Shown: positions 63,840 through 64,000 of the stretch, piece after piece | Numbering within the stretch: position 1 is the stretch's first letter | Layout: the number at the start of each line of letters is the position of its first letter | Origin: Vicugna vicugna | Lineage: Eukaryota | Assembly: GCA_013265495.1 (NCBI GenBank) | Contig: MU058781.1 | Span: forward strand, 9,281,009-9,345,008 | Length of the DNA stretch: 64,000 nt | Direction of reading: 5' to 3' | Notes under the pieces: generated by a model | What the model was told of the DNA's origin: nothing | Seen by the model: the letters and a program-made list of their open reading frames with translations, nothing else | The model's database searches: none | Translations under genes and position numbers: made by a program

Positions 63840-64000
63840 GTATCTTAGGTTGACTTCCCCCAGAAGCTGACCCTGAGATTTGAGGGCAAGTACTGTGCTC
63901 TGTTTGGGATACAATGGCAGAAAGCACTAGAAGTAGAGGGAGACAGGTAAGGATGGCAGCCAACATTACCGCTGGGGGAAACTGAGGCTCAAAGTTGGGG
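63840..64000 (-). mobile_element. LTR33-like ERVL LTR, cut by the window end
   Basis: TCTTAGGTTGACTTCCCCCAGAAGCTGACCCTGAGATTTGAGGGCAAGTA. Confidence 0.55.

Noticed and set aside
23400..64000. Exons of a downstream lncRNA (CASC15 neighbours SOX4 in human) or another coding gene
   Set aside because: No CpG-island promoter, convincing exon chain or protein similarity is visible. lncRNA exons cannot be called from sequence alone.

Overview
Mammalian genomic DNA, most likely from a camelid: three tRNA-Ala-derived SINEs resemble the Camelidae Vic-1 family. The only protein-coding gene I can support is the single-exon SoxC transcription factor SOX4 (+ strand, ATG 19269 to TGA 20675, 468 aa). It has a CCAAT/GC-box promoter near 18.3-18.5 kb, a ~0.8 kb 5' leader, a ~2.7 kb 3' UTR rich in miRNA seed matches, and AATAAA at 23346. 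A second GC/CpG-rich island with CTCF-like motifs lies at ~12.1-14.6 kb. The flanks are gene-desert DNA filled with interspersed repeats (L1, L2, MIR, MaLR/ERVL LTRs, hAT and Tigger elements). I found no new multi-gene system. The most promising leads are regulatory: (1) a 47-codon uORF and a strong-looking 3' splice acceptor inside the leader of this nominally intronless gene, which could pair with the upstream island as an alternative promoter; (2) a cluster of nested inverted repeats ~0.8 kb upstream of the TSS; (3) complementary purine and pyrimidine tracts in the 3' UTR; (4) several odd retroelement rearrangements. Repeat family names and comparisons to human come from memory, not from searches, and repeat boundaries are approximate.
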